A DNA stretch of 64,000 bases from Alphaproteobacteria bacterium. Its GTDB lineage: Bacteria > Pseudomonadota > Alphaproteobacteria > SP197. A model generated the notes under the pieces. It had not been told where the DNA came from, did no database searches, and saw only the letters and a program-made list of their open reading frames with translations. Location of the stretch: contig OZ245842.1 of NCBI GenBank assembly GCA_965228895.1, forward strand, positions 2,976,001 to 3,040,000. Direction: 5' to 3'. Below, piece after piece: positions 28,116-37,763 of this stretch (position 1 is the first letter of the stretch; every line of letters begins with the position of its first letter). Position numbers and translations under genes: made by a program.

Positions 28116-29671
28116 CCGACAGTGAACTGCGTCATCATGCCGGAATCCTCATGCTCGAGATTGTGGCAATGGGCCATGAACGGCGTGTCGGATCCCGCCG
28201 GATGCTCAAAACTGACCTGAATCTCACAGGTGCCGCCGTCTTTTACCGGCGCCATATCCTTCCAACCCGCCATGTAGGCAGGCGGCGCGGCACCATCGAT
28301 GGCAAGAATGCGAAACTGGCAACCGTGGATGTGAACGGGGTGCAGCATCTTATCGTCGCCTTCGGAGATCACCCAACGTAGGTTCTTGTTAATCGGTATG
28401 TCGAAGGGAATGACGTTTAGATCGAAGGGTTTGCCGTTGACGGTGTTCGCGCTGAGCTGCTCCTCCAGGGTCATCGCCGGCCCATCCACGATCACCTTTG
28501 TGACGTCTTCGATGGTCGCCGCATCCATCGCGCCGGTGTCCGACATGCCCATTAGGCCGGCCTTTTTGAACAGTGCCATGCCTTTGTCATCCAGGTTCAT
28601 GCCCATAACGAGCTGCTGACTCGTCGCCGGGAGATCCGGGTCGAGGGGCGGAAGTGAAGCCAGGCTATCGGGCAGAACCCCGACAGTCTCGGTATCTGCC
28701 GGTGTCAGTGTCACGAGCGGCAGTGGCTGATCGAAGGGCGGCAGCTTCATCGCCATCTGGTCGACAGGCAGGTTGACGAGATCGAACGCCTTGCCATCAC
28801 GCGCATCGACCATCACCTCGTACCGTTCGCCAGAAAAGAGCGTCAGGTCTTTTACCTCGACCGGTTCGGCGAGCAGACCGCCATCGCTGGCCACAACATA
28901 GAGTGTCCGGTCGTCGGATGCCTTAACTCGATAGGTCCGCGCGTTGGATCCGTTCAACAGGCGCAAGCGCAGCCATCCCCTGCCCGTCGTCGCGGCGGGG
29001 TAGTTGGCGCCGTTGACCAGCATGTGGTCGCCGACGTAGCCCGTCGTGACGGCAGCCAGATTGAAGCGGTGAAAGAAGTTGCCGTCGGCGGTGAACCGGC
29101 GGTCCTGCAGAATGATCGGTATGTCGTCAACCCCCCATTGGGAGGGCAGGCCCAAGGTGCCGCTCTCGTCGTCGTCGATGATAAACATTCCCGCCACGCC
29201 CTTGATGACCTGTTCGGCCGTGGTCGGATAGAAATGCGGGTGATACCAGCAGGTGGCGGCCGGTTGCGCGATATCGAGCGGCGCCGTCCAGGTGTCACCG
29301 TCCTTGATGACGCTGTGGGGGCCACCATCGACCTGCCCCGGAACCTTCAGGCCATGCCAGTGCATGGTCGTGTCTTCGCCCAGCCCGTTGGTGACCTTCA
29401 TGGTCACCCGCTCGCCACGGCTGACACGCACCGTCGGTCCGAGGAAGCTGCCGTTGACGCCGAACGTATCGGTCAGACCCGAGTCGACAAAACGATGCGT
29501 ACCCTGTTGCGACGTCAACTCGATGTTGCCGCCGGCGTCGGCGCGGATTTCAGGCGGGATAGGCAAAGCCACGCGGCCCTTGGCCGAAACCGGTAATCCG
29601 ACGCCGAGCGCCATCCCCACGCCCGCAGCGGTGCCACCAACGAGGACGTCACGTCTGTTCAACTTCAACAT
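28112..29671 (-). CDS. cueO: Tat-exported multicopper oxidase, CueO-like
   Basis: NRRDVL Tat signal; HWHG, WYHPH, HPVHIHG and HCHNLEHEDSGMM copper motifs; Met-rich insert. Confidence 0.88.
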   Translation of the reverse strand: MLKLNRRDVLVGGTAAGVGMALGVGLPVSAKGRVALPIPPEIRADAGGNIELTSQQGTHRFVDSGLTDTFGVNGSFLGPTVRVSRGERVTMKVTNGLGEDTTMHWHGLKVPGQVDGGPHSVIKDGDTWTAPLDIAQPAATCWYHPHFYPTTAEQVIKGVAGMFIIDDDESGTLGLPSQWGVDDIPIILQDRRFTADGNFFHRFNLAAVTTGYVGDHMLVNGANYPAATTGRGWLRLRLLNGSNARTYRVKASDDRTLYVVASDGGLLAEPVEVKDLTLFSGERYEVMVDARDGKAFDLVNLPVDQMAMKLPPFDQPLPLVTLTPADTETVGVLPDSLASLPPLDPDLPATSQQLVMGMNLDDKGMALFKKAGLMGMSDTGAMDAATIEDVTKVIVDGPAMTLEEQLSANTVNGKPFDLNVIPFDIPINKNLRWVISEGDDKMLHPVHIHGCQFRILAIDGAAPPAYMAGWKDMAPVKDGGTCEIQVSFEHPAGSDTPFMAHCHNLEHEDSGMMTQFTVG

Positions 29672-29732
29672 CTCATTCACCCCACACCTGCAAATCACTG
29701 ACTTCAAGTCGCCCACCGAACGGCCGAACAGC

Positions 29733-30497
29733 TTAGCCCAAACGGCGCGCAGAGCTTATCCCCAAATCGGCAACGCGACGTTGATTGGCATCGAAAAGCG
29801 ACGCCACCGACAAGACGGTTCGTGCATAGAGCGCCAGCGCTGCACGCCCGCGCGCCTCTGGCTTGGCAGCGTCGAAGCCGGCGGCGACGTGAAAGGCCGC
29901 CGTCCATTCCGAATCGACGGCCATCGCCTCGAGAGCGATGTCGAACAGCCGGTTTTCCGAGGATATGAAAAGCCGCCGGTGCACCACCATGGCCTCGGCC
30001 AGCCCCACAACTAAGCCGATGGTGCCATAGAGCACCTGTGCATGGTGTTCCCGCTCCAAACCACCGGCGACCTTGAGCGCTTCTTCCGCCAGGGCGGCGA
30101 CCTCGGCGGCGACATGACGGTCCGTCCGGTCGCCAACATCGTCCCATGAAAAGGCACGCGCCCGCTCGATAAGTTGCGCAGCGGCACCATGCCGGTCGAA
30201 CAAAATCACCGCATCGCGCAAGGCAGGGACTTGCCATACCGCCTTGGCCGGATCCTGAAGTGCGGCTTCCTCTCGTGTTACCGCCAACGTCTTCAGCGTC
30301 ACCAAACGGCCGGATCCATCGGTCGTGCAGACGAGCCGGCCATGATCGTCGTCCAGCGCCACGTGGCGTGCCAGATCGATATCGCTAGACGGTGCGTGGT
30401 CGCCTCGGGCGCGGCTGCCGACAAGAAGCAACGCCAGCGTTTCGTCATCGACAAAACGCCGGATTAGAGCGTCACGATCGATGTCATCTTGGATCAA
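29733..30497 (-). CDS. Pol-beta-like nucleotidyltransferase with helical C-terminal domain
   Basis: LVGSRARGD....SDID motif. Confidence 0.75.
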   Translation of the reverse strand: MIQDDIDRDALIRRFVDDETLALLLVGSRARGDHAPSSDIDLARHVALDDDHGRLVCTTDGSGRLVTLKTLAVTREEAALQDPAKAVWQVPALRDAVILFDRHGAAAQLIERARAFSWDDVGDRTDRHVAAEVAALAEEALKVAGGLEREHHAQVLYGTIGLVVGLAEAMVVHRRLFISSENRLFDIALEAMAVDSEWTAAFHVAAGFDAAKPEARGRAALALYARTVLSVASLFDANQRRVADLGISSARRLG

Positions 30498-30515
30498 AGC
30501 GCCTGAGGCTACAGG

Positions 30516-31556
30516 TCACCCCACCGAGCGCCGTTCCTCGCGCGGTGTGCGGCCGAAGTATTCGCGGTAGCGGCGCGAGAAGTGCGACGCCGAGACGAAA
30601 CCTGACGCCAGCGCAATCGCCAGGATCGAGCTGGTGCCTTGCATCAGCATCATACGCGCCTGGTTCAAGCGGATCTCGCGGTAATAACGCGACGGCGTGC
30701 GGCCCAGATGTTTCTTGAACAGACGCTCCAACTGCCGAGTCGACAGGCCGACCGAGTCGGCGATATCGGGCAGCGCCAGGGTCTCCTCGAGATTCTTTTC
30801 CATTTCCGCGATGGCGGCGAGCAGTTTGGGATCGCTGACGCCGACCCTGGACTGTAGCGCCATGCGTTGATGATCGTGGGCATCGCGGATGCGGTCGTGA
30901 ATGAATTGTTCCGAAACCTTGCCGGCGAGCTCCTGGCCGTGCGACATGCCGACCAGATGCAACATCAGGTCAAGCGACGCCGTCCCGCCGGAACAGGTGA
31001 TGCGGTTGCGGTCGAGTTCATAGATGTCGTCGGTGACCTCGATATCGGGAAACGCTTCCTGAAACGTCTCCAGGTCTTCCCAATGGATCGTGCAGCGGTA
31101 GCCGTTCAAGAGCCCGGCGCGCGCCAGGATGTGACTGCCGGTGCACAGGCTGCCGACCCGCGCGCCCTGGCGCGCCAGTTTTCTGAGCCAGGCATAAACC
31201 GAGCGGTCATCAAACCGATGCGCGTCGATGCCCGAGCAGACAAAGATCGTCGCGCAGTGATCGATCTCGGCGATGCCGGCATCGGCGATCACCTGCAGAC
31301 CGTTACTGGCGGCAACCGGCTGGCCGTCACGCGAATAGACTTTCCAGTTATAGAGCTCGCAGCCGCTCATGCGGTTGGCCGAGCGCAGCGGCTCAACGGC
31401 CGCGGTAAACGCCATCATGGAAAAGTGGGGCACCAGAAAAAAGCTGATGGTTTCCGGCCCCGAACGATCGGGCTGCATCGCAGGCGACGCGCGCTGCACC
31501 GGCTTCGCCCGGCCGTTGCCGCTGTGACAGCTTGGTGATATCTGCCTTCCGTCCAT
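30516..31556 (-). CDS. GlxA/GbdR-like AraC regulator with DJ-1/amidase domain
   Basis: FSMMAFTAAVEPLRSAN, LCTGSHILARAGLL, TIHWE, SGGTASLDLM, RQLERLF, SASHFSRRYR; start uncertain (31556 or 31478). Confidence 0.9.
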   Translation of the reverse strand: MDGRQISPSCHSGNGRAKPVQRASPAMQPDRSGPETISFFLVPHFSMMAFTAAVEPLRSANRMSGCELYNWKVYSRDGQPVAASNGLQVIADAGIAEIDHCATIFVCSGIDAHRFDDRSVYAWLRKLARQGARVGSLCTGSHILARAGLLNGYRCTIHWEDLETFQEAFPDIEVTDDIYELDRNRITCSGGTASLDLMLHLVGMSHGQELAGKVSEQFIHDRIRDAHDHQRMALQSRVGVSDPKLLAAIAEMEKNLEETLALPDIADSVGLSTRQLERLFKKHLGRTPSRYYREIRLNQARMMLMQGTSSILAIALASGFVSASHFSRRYREYFGRTPREERRSVG

Positions 31557-31666
31557 AGCCACGGAACCGCGCCTGTCATTCCAATTCAGACAAGTTAGTG
31601 TCGGAATCTGGCCAAGAGTCAATGATTTCCCACAGGCCCACCTGCGCTAGCCGGCCAGGGCCGGCT

Positions 31667-32446
31667 TCAGGGCTCGCCAAACAGCCATTCGTTGGCCGGG
31701 TTGGACGGCGCTTCGGTAACGTTATCGTAACTCATCAGTCCGATAAGGCGGTTCACGTCACCCCCGACCGGCCTGACGCGATGGAGCGCGTGGCGCCCGC
31801 GAAACAGCACGAGGTCGCCCGGCGATATGCTTAGCGACCGCATCGCGCCGGTCTGACCGCCAATCACGGCGGCGACGCCCGCATCGTTGTCGTCATCGCG
31901 CGCGCGCATCTCCGGCACAAAGTCGAACTCGCCGCCCGATGTGCTGGCGCGAAACAGGATCGAGGCGACGAGTTCGCAGGCGTCGAAATGCCAACCCACT
32001 TCGTCGCCATCGCGCATCACGGTGACGTTGAGCGAACCGCGCGGCTCGCTGTAACGGTAGAGGTTCTTGTCCGGCAGGGTCGCACGCAGGAAATCGAGAA
32101 AGTCGTCGCCCTCAAACAACGCGCGAAACGGCGAGTCCGGGGGAATGTCGTCGCGGCTGACATAGCCGACGGCGAACCTCACCGTCACCGCCTCGCTGTT
32201 GTCGTCCGACGAACCACAATCCGGCGGCCTGTAGTCGGGCGTCATGACGTGATCGCTGAAATGGGCCAGCGGCTCCAGCCTCTCGGCTTCGGCGCAGCAA
32301 CGCTGCAAACCGTCCGGACTCAGGAAACCCGGAAGGTGGAACGCGCCGCCATCGGCAAGCTGCCGGCGCGCGTCCGCCACCAGGTTGCAGCCGCTCGTCG
32401 ATGCGAGATTGTCAATCGGATAGGTTTCAAGGTCGACAATGGTCAT
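31667..32446 (-). CDS. Fe(II)/2OG-dependent oxygenase (BesD/ArpA-like fold) with canonical HxD motif
   Basis: DLETYPID, GWHFD, GGEF, PGDLVLFRGRHALHRV, R. Confidence 0.75.
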   Translation of the reverse strand: MTIVDLETYPIDNLASTSGCNLVADARRQLADGGAFHLPGFLSPDGLQRCCAEAERLEPLAHFSDHVMTPDYRPPDCGSSDDNSEAVTVRFAVGYVSRDDIPPDSPFRALFEGDDFLDFLRATLPDKNLYRYSEPRGSLNVTVMRDGDEVGWHFDACELVASILFRASTSGGEFDFVPEMRARDDDNDAGVAAVIGGQTGAMRSLSISPGDLVLFRGRHALHRVRPVGGDVNRLIGLMSYDNVTEAPSNPANEWLFGEP

Positions 32447-32481
32447 GGATTATCCGTGATGCCAAGTCCGGTCAGAAATGG

Positions 32482-32703
32482 TCAAAGGTCCAAGCCCGCC
32501 ATGCGCAGCCCCTCGAACAGATGCTGGTTGTCGTCTCCGTGTTCGAGCTTGGCGTCCCTGCGCCAATATGCTTGCCCCGCGTCAGGATTGGTCGGCACCG
32601 CCTCCAGATCGCTCTCGGCAGCCTTCAGATACGCGTCCAACGTCGCGCGGGCTTCGTCCATGCGGCCGGCATAGGCAAGGCTCGCGGCTAGCCTGCGTTC
32701 CAT
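32482..32703 (-). other. Stand-alone C-terminal TPR-like segment of the adenylate-cyclase/TolB-TPR type; small protein or gene remnant
   Basis: LAASLAYAGRMDEARA...HLFEGLRMAGL resembles the C-terminus of those proteins; GGGAGAG lies upstream of the ATG. Confidence 0.5.
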
Positions 32704-32824
32704 TGGCTCTCCCTTCTCCGGCAGACTAGCGAGCGCGATCGTTAGCGTCCATGCTGCGCCCGCCTCGAATCGGGCCGCCGCGCCTGATTGAAGTTTTGAT
32801 CGAACCCACTACCGGAATTGCACC

Positions 32825-34306
32825 ATGACCGACGACCAACAGATCTTCATCGGCGGCGGCGAGACGGCCCAGAACCTGAACCTGGGCTTCGCCAATCGGC
32901 ACGGCCTAATCGCCGGTGCCACGGGCACCGGCAAGACCGTGACCTTGCAGATTCTGGCCGAAGGGTTCTCGCAAGCCGGCGTTCCGGTCTTTCTGTCCGA
33001 TGTGAAGGGCGATCTCTCCGGTCTATCGCAGGCGGGCGTGGCCAAACCGAAACTGCTGGAACGGGTCGAAACGATCGGCATGGAAGGTTTCGATCCGGCG
33101 CCGACCCCGGTCGTCTTCTGGGACCTGTTCGGCAAACAAGGCCATCCCGTACGCACGACGGTGTCGGAGATGGGGCCCCTGCTCTTGGCGCGGCTCTTGG
33201 AACTGAACGACGTGCAGGAAGGTGTCCTGTCGATCGCCTTTCAGGTCGCCGACGACGAGGGTCTGCCGATCCTCGACCTGAAGGACCTGAAGTCGCTGCT
33301 GCAGTTCGTTGCCGATAACCGCAAAGACCTGTCGACAGAATATGGCAACGTCTCCGTCCAATCGGTCGGCGCCATACAACGTCGCCTCTTAACGTTGAAG
33401 CAACAGGGCGGCGACAAGTTCTTCGGCGAGCCGGCGCTTGACCTCAACGACTTCATGCGCACCGCGCCGGATGGCCGCGGCTACGTCAGCATTCTGGCAG
33501 CCGACAAGCTGATGTTGACGCCTCAGCTCTACGCCACGTTCCTTCTGTGGCTGCTGTCGGAACTGTTTGAAGACCTGCCGGAAGTCGGTGATCCCGACAA
33601 ACCCAAGCTCGTGTTCTTCTTCGACGAGGCGCACCTGTTGTTCGACAACGCACCGAAGGCGCTGATCCAGAAGATCGAACAGGTCGTGCGGCTGATCCGC
33701 TCGAAGGGCGTCGGCGTCTACTTCGTGACGCAGAGCCCGCTCGATGTGCCTGACGAGGTCCTCGGTCAGTTGGGCAACCGTGTCCAGCACGCGCTTCGCG
33801 CCTTCACACCGCGCGACCGCAAGGCGGTGAAAGCCGCAGCCGAGACGTTCCGCGCCAACCCCAGACTGGATGTCGCGACGGCGATTACGGAACTGGGCGT
33901 CGGTGAGGCCTTGGTCTCGACCCTGCAAGACCGGGGCGTGCCGAGCGTGGTCGAGCGCACGCTGATCCGCCCGCCCTTGTCGCGCATGGGCCCGGCCAAG
34001 CGCGCCGAGCGCCAGGCGGTGATCGCCGACAGCCCGGTCGCCGGGCTTTATGACGAGACCGTCGACCGCAAGTCGGCCCATGAGGTTCTGGCCAAACGTG
34101 CCGAGAAAGCAGCCAAGGAGCAGGCCAAGGCCGACGAACGGGCCAAGGCCGAAAGGACGTCGTCACGCAGCAGTGGCTCGTCGGGCGGACGCCGCCGTCA
34201 ATCGGCTACCGAAACCATGGCAAAGAGTGTCTTGCGAAGTGCCGGGCGCACCATCGGCCGCGAACTTGTGCGCGGCATTCTGGGCTCGCTGTTCAAGGGG
34301 CGGTGA
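32825..34306 (+). CDS. DUF853 / HerA-like P-loop ATPase (YjgR family)
   Basis: [42 protein letters not shown]. Confidence 0.93.
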   Translation: MTDDQQIFIGGGETAQNLNLGFANRHGLIAGATGTGKTVTLQILAEGFSQAGVPVFLSDVKGDLSGLSQAGVAKPKLLERVETIGMEGFDPAPTPVVFWDLFGKQGHPVRTTVSEMGPLLLARLLELNDVQEGVLSIAFQVADDEGLPILDLKDLKSLLQFVADNRKDLSTEYGNVSVQSVGAIQRRLLTLKQQGGDKFFGEPALDLNDFMRTAPDGRGYVSILAADKLMLTPQLYATFLLWLLSELFEDLPEVGDPDKPKLVFFFDEAHLLFDNAPKALIQKIEQVVRLIRSKGVGVYFVTQSPLDVPDEVLGQLGNRVQHALRAFTPRDRKAVKAAAETFRANPRLDVATAITELGVGEALVSTLQDRGVPSVVERTLIRPPLSRMGPAKRAERQAVIADSPVAGLYDETVDRKSAHEVLAKRAEKAAKEQAKADERAKAERTSSRSSGSSGGRRRQSATETMAKSVLRSAGRTIGRELVRGILGSLFKGR

Positions 34307-34324
34307 TCGCGCGACGGCGGAAGG

Positions 34325-36703
34325 TCAGTCGCTGTGCTTCGCCGCGATGTCGCCGTGAACTTCCGGATGCTCCTCTTCCGCTTCCGACGGATCGGGTTCA
34401 GTTGACGTGTCTTGCGGCGGCGGCTCGGTATCCTCGGCATCAATGCGGACATGAGCCGGCGGCGTGCGGCCCTTTCTGACTTCGCCGAAATAGAGCGACA
34501 TGTGCGGGAACGGAATCTCGATACCTTCCTTGTCGAACCGCAGTTTGATGCGGCGCAGGTATTCGCGGCGCACGCCCCACTGGTAACCGGCCACCGTCTT
34601 GATCCGGACACGCAAGGTGACGGCGGAGTCGTCGAGCGAATTGACGCCGAACACCTCGAGATCGCCGATAAGATGTTCGGCGAACTCCGTATCCTCGCGG
34701 GCCACACGATCGACATCCTTGATGACATCGAGCACGTGATCGGTGTTCTCCTGATAGGCGACGCCGACATCGATTACCGCGTAGCCGTAGTCGCGGGTCA
34801 TGTTGGTAACGGCGGTGACCTCACCAAATGGCACGGTGTGCACGTATCCGTCGAGGTCACGCATCTTCAGCGTGCGGATCGAGAGGCTCTCGACCGTGCC
34901 CATCTTGCCGCCGGCCTCCACGAAGTCACCGATCTGCACCTGATCCTCGAACAGGATGAAGGCGCCGGTGATGACATCGCGCACCAAGGCCTGGGCACCG
35001 AAGCCGATCGCCAAGCCAATGACGCCGGCGCCGGCGAGCAGCGGCCCGATGTCGACACCCAGTTCCGATAGGATCGTGATGATGACAATGGTACAGATCG
35101 TCACCAGCAGCACGTTGCGTAACAAAGGCAGCAGGGTGATCAGGCGCGGACTGGCGGTGTGATCACCCTCGCTCGTCACGTAATTGGTCAAGGCGCCATC
35201 GCCCAATTCCCACACCACGATGGCAATGATGATGATGATGACAGTGGCAATCACCCGCCCGATAACGTGTGCACCTTCCGGCGAGGCCAGCAGGCTCAAG
35301 ACGTCTATCCGCCAAGCCTCCAGTATGACCACCGCGGCGATGATCCAGATCAGGGCGCTAACAAACCAAGTGAGGACGGAAACGTAGCGGTTGACCCGGT
35401 GCTTCAGGCCCGGGAAGCGCGTACGGAAGGCGGCGTCGACACGGAAGATGCGGTCAAACAACCGCCGTTGGCCGGTCGACAGCAACAACGCAACAAAGAA
35501 GACGACCGTCGAAATGGCGAAGGCCCTGAGGACATAGGTGAAGTCATCTTTCAGATTAAGCGCGTAGACGACATAGACCAGCACTACCATCAAGACTGCG
35601 AAGATGTGCCAAATATCGGCCAGGCGATTGCGTATCATCGCGGCGCCACCGTCTGATTGCTCACGTATCCAGCCGGCAACCGGCTGGCGCAACTGCAGAA
35701 TCAGGACGAAGGCCATCAGGCCGATGATAAGACCGATCAGCCGTTCGATGAGTTCGTAGCTGCTGTCTGGAATGCCGAGCGTCACCAGCAGATCGGCAAT
35801 GAAGAACCCATAGACACCGACAACAACGAACCGCGCCGTCCAGATATAGAGGTAGGCGGCAGTCTCGTCGCCCAAAGGTATAGGTCGCACATTCGCCAGA
35901 AGCGGTGACGTCACACAGCGCGCGACCGCTAGCAGGACCTGGGCAATGGCGATCGCGTTGACGAAGGTCGAGGCGACGTTGTCGGTCAGTACCGGCGGTT
36001 CAAGCAGTGCGATCAATGCATGGGCGACACCAGCGAAGACGACCACCGGGGCAATGCGCAGCAACAATCGGAAGAAAGCCATCAGCAGACGATCCGACCA
36101 CGTGGCGCCCTGCTGGCCCTCTATTCTGCGGCGCTGGCCGCGCAGCAAAAAACGCAAGACAAGAGCGCCGGCCAGACCGCAAGCCAGGATAGCCGCCATT
36201 TGCCACAACGCCGTCAACCAGGCGTCTCTGTCGGCCGGGTTCTCCACTTGCTCGGCGACCCACGCCAGAAGGTCGCCGCCATCGTCGACGTCGTGCAGCA
36301 GCGCTCCGACGTCTTGGTCCAAGGCGCCGACTTTTTCGGCGATGTCACCGACGATGTCACCATCACCACCACTGTCCGCCGTTTCGCCCGTATCGGCGGC
36401 CGTGCTATCGGCCGTGGTGCCGGTCGCGGATCCCTGGCGCTCCTTTTCGGCCTCGATCAGGGCTTTCAACTGGCCGAGGAAGGCCGCCCGCTGGTCTGGG
36501 TCTTCCAGCGTCGTCACCAATCCTTCCAGTTCCTGGATGGTAACGGACTGGGTATCGACGTTGCTGTCTGCGGTTGTTTCGCCCGTGCCGGAGGCATCGC
36601 CCTCCTGCGCCAAAGCCGGTGTCGCGAGGGCGATCGCCGCGACCACGATCAGTCCTGCTGCGACCAGCGCGGTCCGTGATAGAATTGCCGTGCAAAAACG
36701 CAT
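34325..36703 (-). CDS. Large MscS-family mechanosensitive channel (YbiO-like)
   Basis: Signal peptide, many TMs, LLAGAGVIGLAIGFGAQ, GTVE..SIR, GIEIPFP. Confidence 0.9.
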   Translation of the reverse strand: MRFCTAILSRTALVAAGLIVVAAIALATPALAQEGDASGTGETTADSNVDTQSVTIQELEGLVTTLEDPDQRAAFLGQLKALIEAEKERQGSATGTTADSTAADTGETADSGGDGDIVGDIAEKVGALDQDVGALLHDVDDGGDLLAWVAEQVENPADRDAWLTALWQMAAILACGLAGALVLRFLLRGQRRRIEGQQGATWSDRLLMAFFRLLLRIAPVVVFAGVAHALIALLEPPVLTDNVASTFVNAIAIAQVLLAVARCVTSPLLANVRPIPLGDETAAYLYIWTARFVVVGVYGFFIADLLVTLGIPDSSYELIERLIGLIIGLMAFVLILQLRQPVAGWIREQSDGGAAMIRNRLADIWHIFAVLMVVLVYVVYALNLKDDFTYVLRAFAISTVVFFVALLLSTGQRRLFDRIFRVDAAFRTRFPGLKHRVNRYVSVLTWFVSALIWIIAAVVILEAWRIDVLSLLASPEGAHVIGRVIATVIIIIIAIVVWELGDGALTNYVTSEGDHTASPRLITLLPLLRNVLLVTICTIVIITILSELGVDIGPLLAGAGVIGLAIGFGAQALVRDVITGAFILFEDQVQIGDFVEAGGKMGTVESLSIRTLKMRDLDGYVHTVPFGEVTAVTNMTRDYGYAVIDVGVAYQENTDHVLDVIKDVDRVAREDTEFAEHLIGDLEVFGVNSLDDSAVTLRVRIKTVAGYQWGVRREYLRRIKLRFDKEGIEIPFPHMSLYFGEVRKGRTPPAHVRIDAEDTEPPPQDTSTEPDPSEAEEEHPEVHGDIAAKHSD

Positions 36704-36766
36704 CAAGAGGCCGAACCCAACAGTTTTCGGCCGGGAAGCTGCCACGTTGTCGAACCGGAAGCGAGT

Positions 36767-37339
36767 ATGAAGAGGCTCATCGGCGCATTGTTGCTGCTGA
36801 TTCTCGGCCAGACAACGGTCCAGGCGGGGTTTCTTGCCGGTGAAGCGGCCTTGCATGCCGGCCAGTTCGAACGCGCCCATGCGGAGCTGCTGCCCGCCGC
36901 CGACCAGGGCGACGCACGCGCGCAGAACGCGCTCGCGCTACTCTACCTGAACGGCTGGGGGGTCGCGACCGATCACCGTCTGGCGGCCAGCCTGTTCCGG
37001 CAGGCTGCCGACCAAGGTTATGCCCGGGCCGAACACAATCTGGCCCTGCTCTATCAGACCGGACGCGGCGTCGAACAGGACGAGACCGTGGCCGCCGATT
37101 GGCTCAAACGAGCGGCGCGGCGCGGCTATGTCCCCTCGCAATCGGATCTGGGCTATGCCTATTACGCGGGCCAGGGCGTACCACGCGACCTGCTGCGCGC
37201 GTACTTCTGGTGGACCCTGGCATCCAAACGATTGGACCTCGAGGCAACCCGTGCGCGCGAGGACATCATCTTCATGATGACTGCGCACCAAAAACACATC
37301 GCCGAACTGCTCGCCGAGCAGTTCGTGCCCGATAGGTAA
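36767..37339 (+). CDS. Secreted Sel1-like repeat protein
   Basis: Three AADQG..AQ..L..LY..G.GV-type repeats after a signal peptide. Confidence 0.88.
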   Translation: MKRLIGALLLLILGQTTVQAGFLAGEAALHAGQFERAHAELLPAADQGDARAQNALALLYLNGWGVATDHRLAASLFRQAADQGYARAEHNLALLYQTGRGVEQDETVAADWLKRAARRGYVPSQSDLGYAYYAGQGVPRDLLRAYFWWTLASKRLDLEATRAREDIIFMMTAHQKHIAELLAEQFVPDR

Positions 37340-37363
37340 GGCCGGCTACCGTCGACAAGGGCG

Positions 37364-37503
37364 CTGGAGCGGATCATGGTTAGATGGGACCGCTTGACGG
37401 TCCCATCTAACCATGTGAATCCGCTCTTTATCGATGAGTAGAGCAGATTCACCTGTCTTGATGTCATCGCGAAGCAATTCCATCAAAACAGGATCTGCTC
37501 TAG
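37364..37503. repeat. ~140-bp palindromic intergenic element (CIR/RIME-like), copy 1
   Basis: CTGGAGCGGATC...GATCTGCTCTAG ends; perfect 18-bp stem (37375-37392 / 37398-37415); GANTC at 37417 and 37446; homologous to 62927-63062. Confidence 0.85.
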
Positions 37504-37599
37504 CGCCGAAACCACTTTCCCTGAGGCCCCGGCTTCGCCTATAACCAGCGCTGGCGCGCGGACGCCTTGGTTTTGACGTCTTGGGACCGGGATATCGAC

Positions 37600-37737
37600 A
37601 TGGAGCACACGCCTTCGGATTGGGAAAACGCTGACCAGAGCCATCTGGGCACCTATCGCCGGTTTATGAAGCTGACGCTCTATTCCACCATCTTCCTGAT
37701 CATCCTTCTGATCTTGATGGCGCTCTTCCTGGTCTAG
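37600..37737 (+). CDS. ctaH: aa3-type cytochrome c oxidase subunit IV-like small membrane protein (45 aa)
   Basis: Below the ORF-track cutoff: MEHTPSDWENADQSHLGTYRRFMKLTLYSTIFLIILLILMALFLV, with H..TY..F followed by one TM helix. Confidence 0.72.
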   Translation: MEHTPSDWENADQSHLGTYRRFMKLTLYSTIFLIILLILMALFLV

Positions 37738-37763
37738 GACCGCTCGCCAGGCGCCGTTCTTCC

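Noticed and set aside
31667-32446. BesD-like halogenase
   Set aside because: It retains the HxD carboxylate ligand; halogenases have Gly or Ala there.
32825-34306. HerA-based anti-phage system
   Set aside because: This is the widespread DUF853/YjgR family, with no adjacent nuclease or SIR2 partner.
37364-37503. CRISPR array, tRNA or simple rho-independent terminator
   Set aside because: No repeat-spacer periodicity, no cloverleaf and no U-tract; it is a dispersed composite palindrome.
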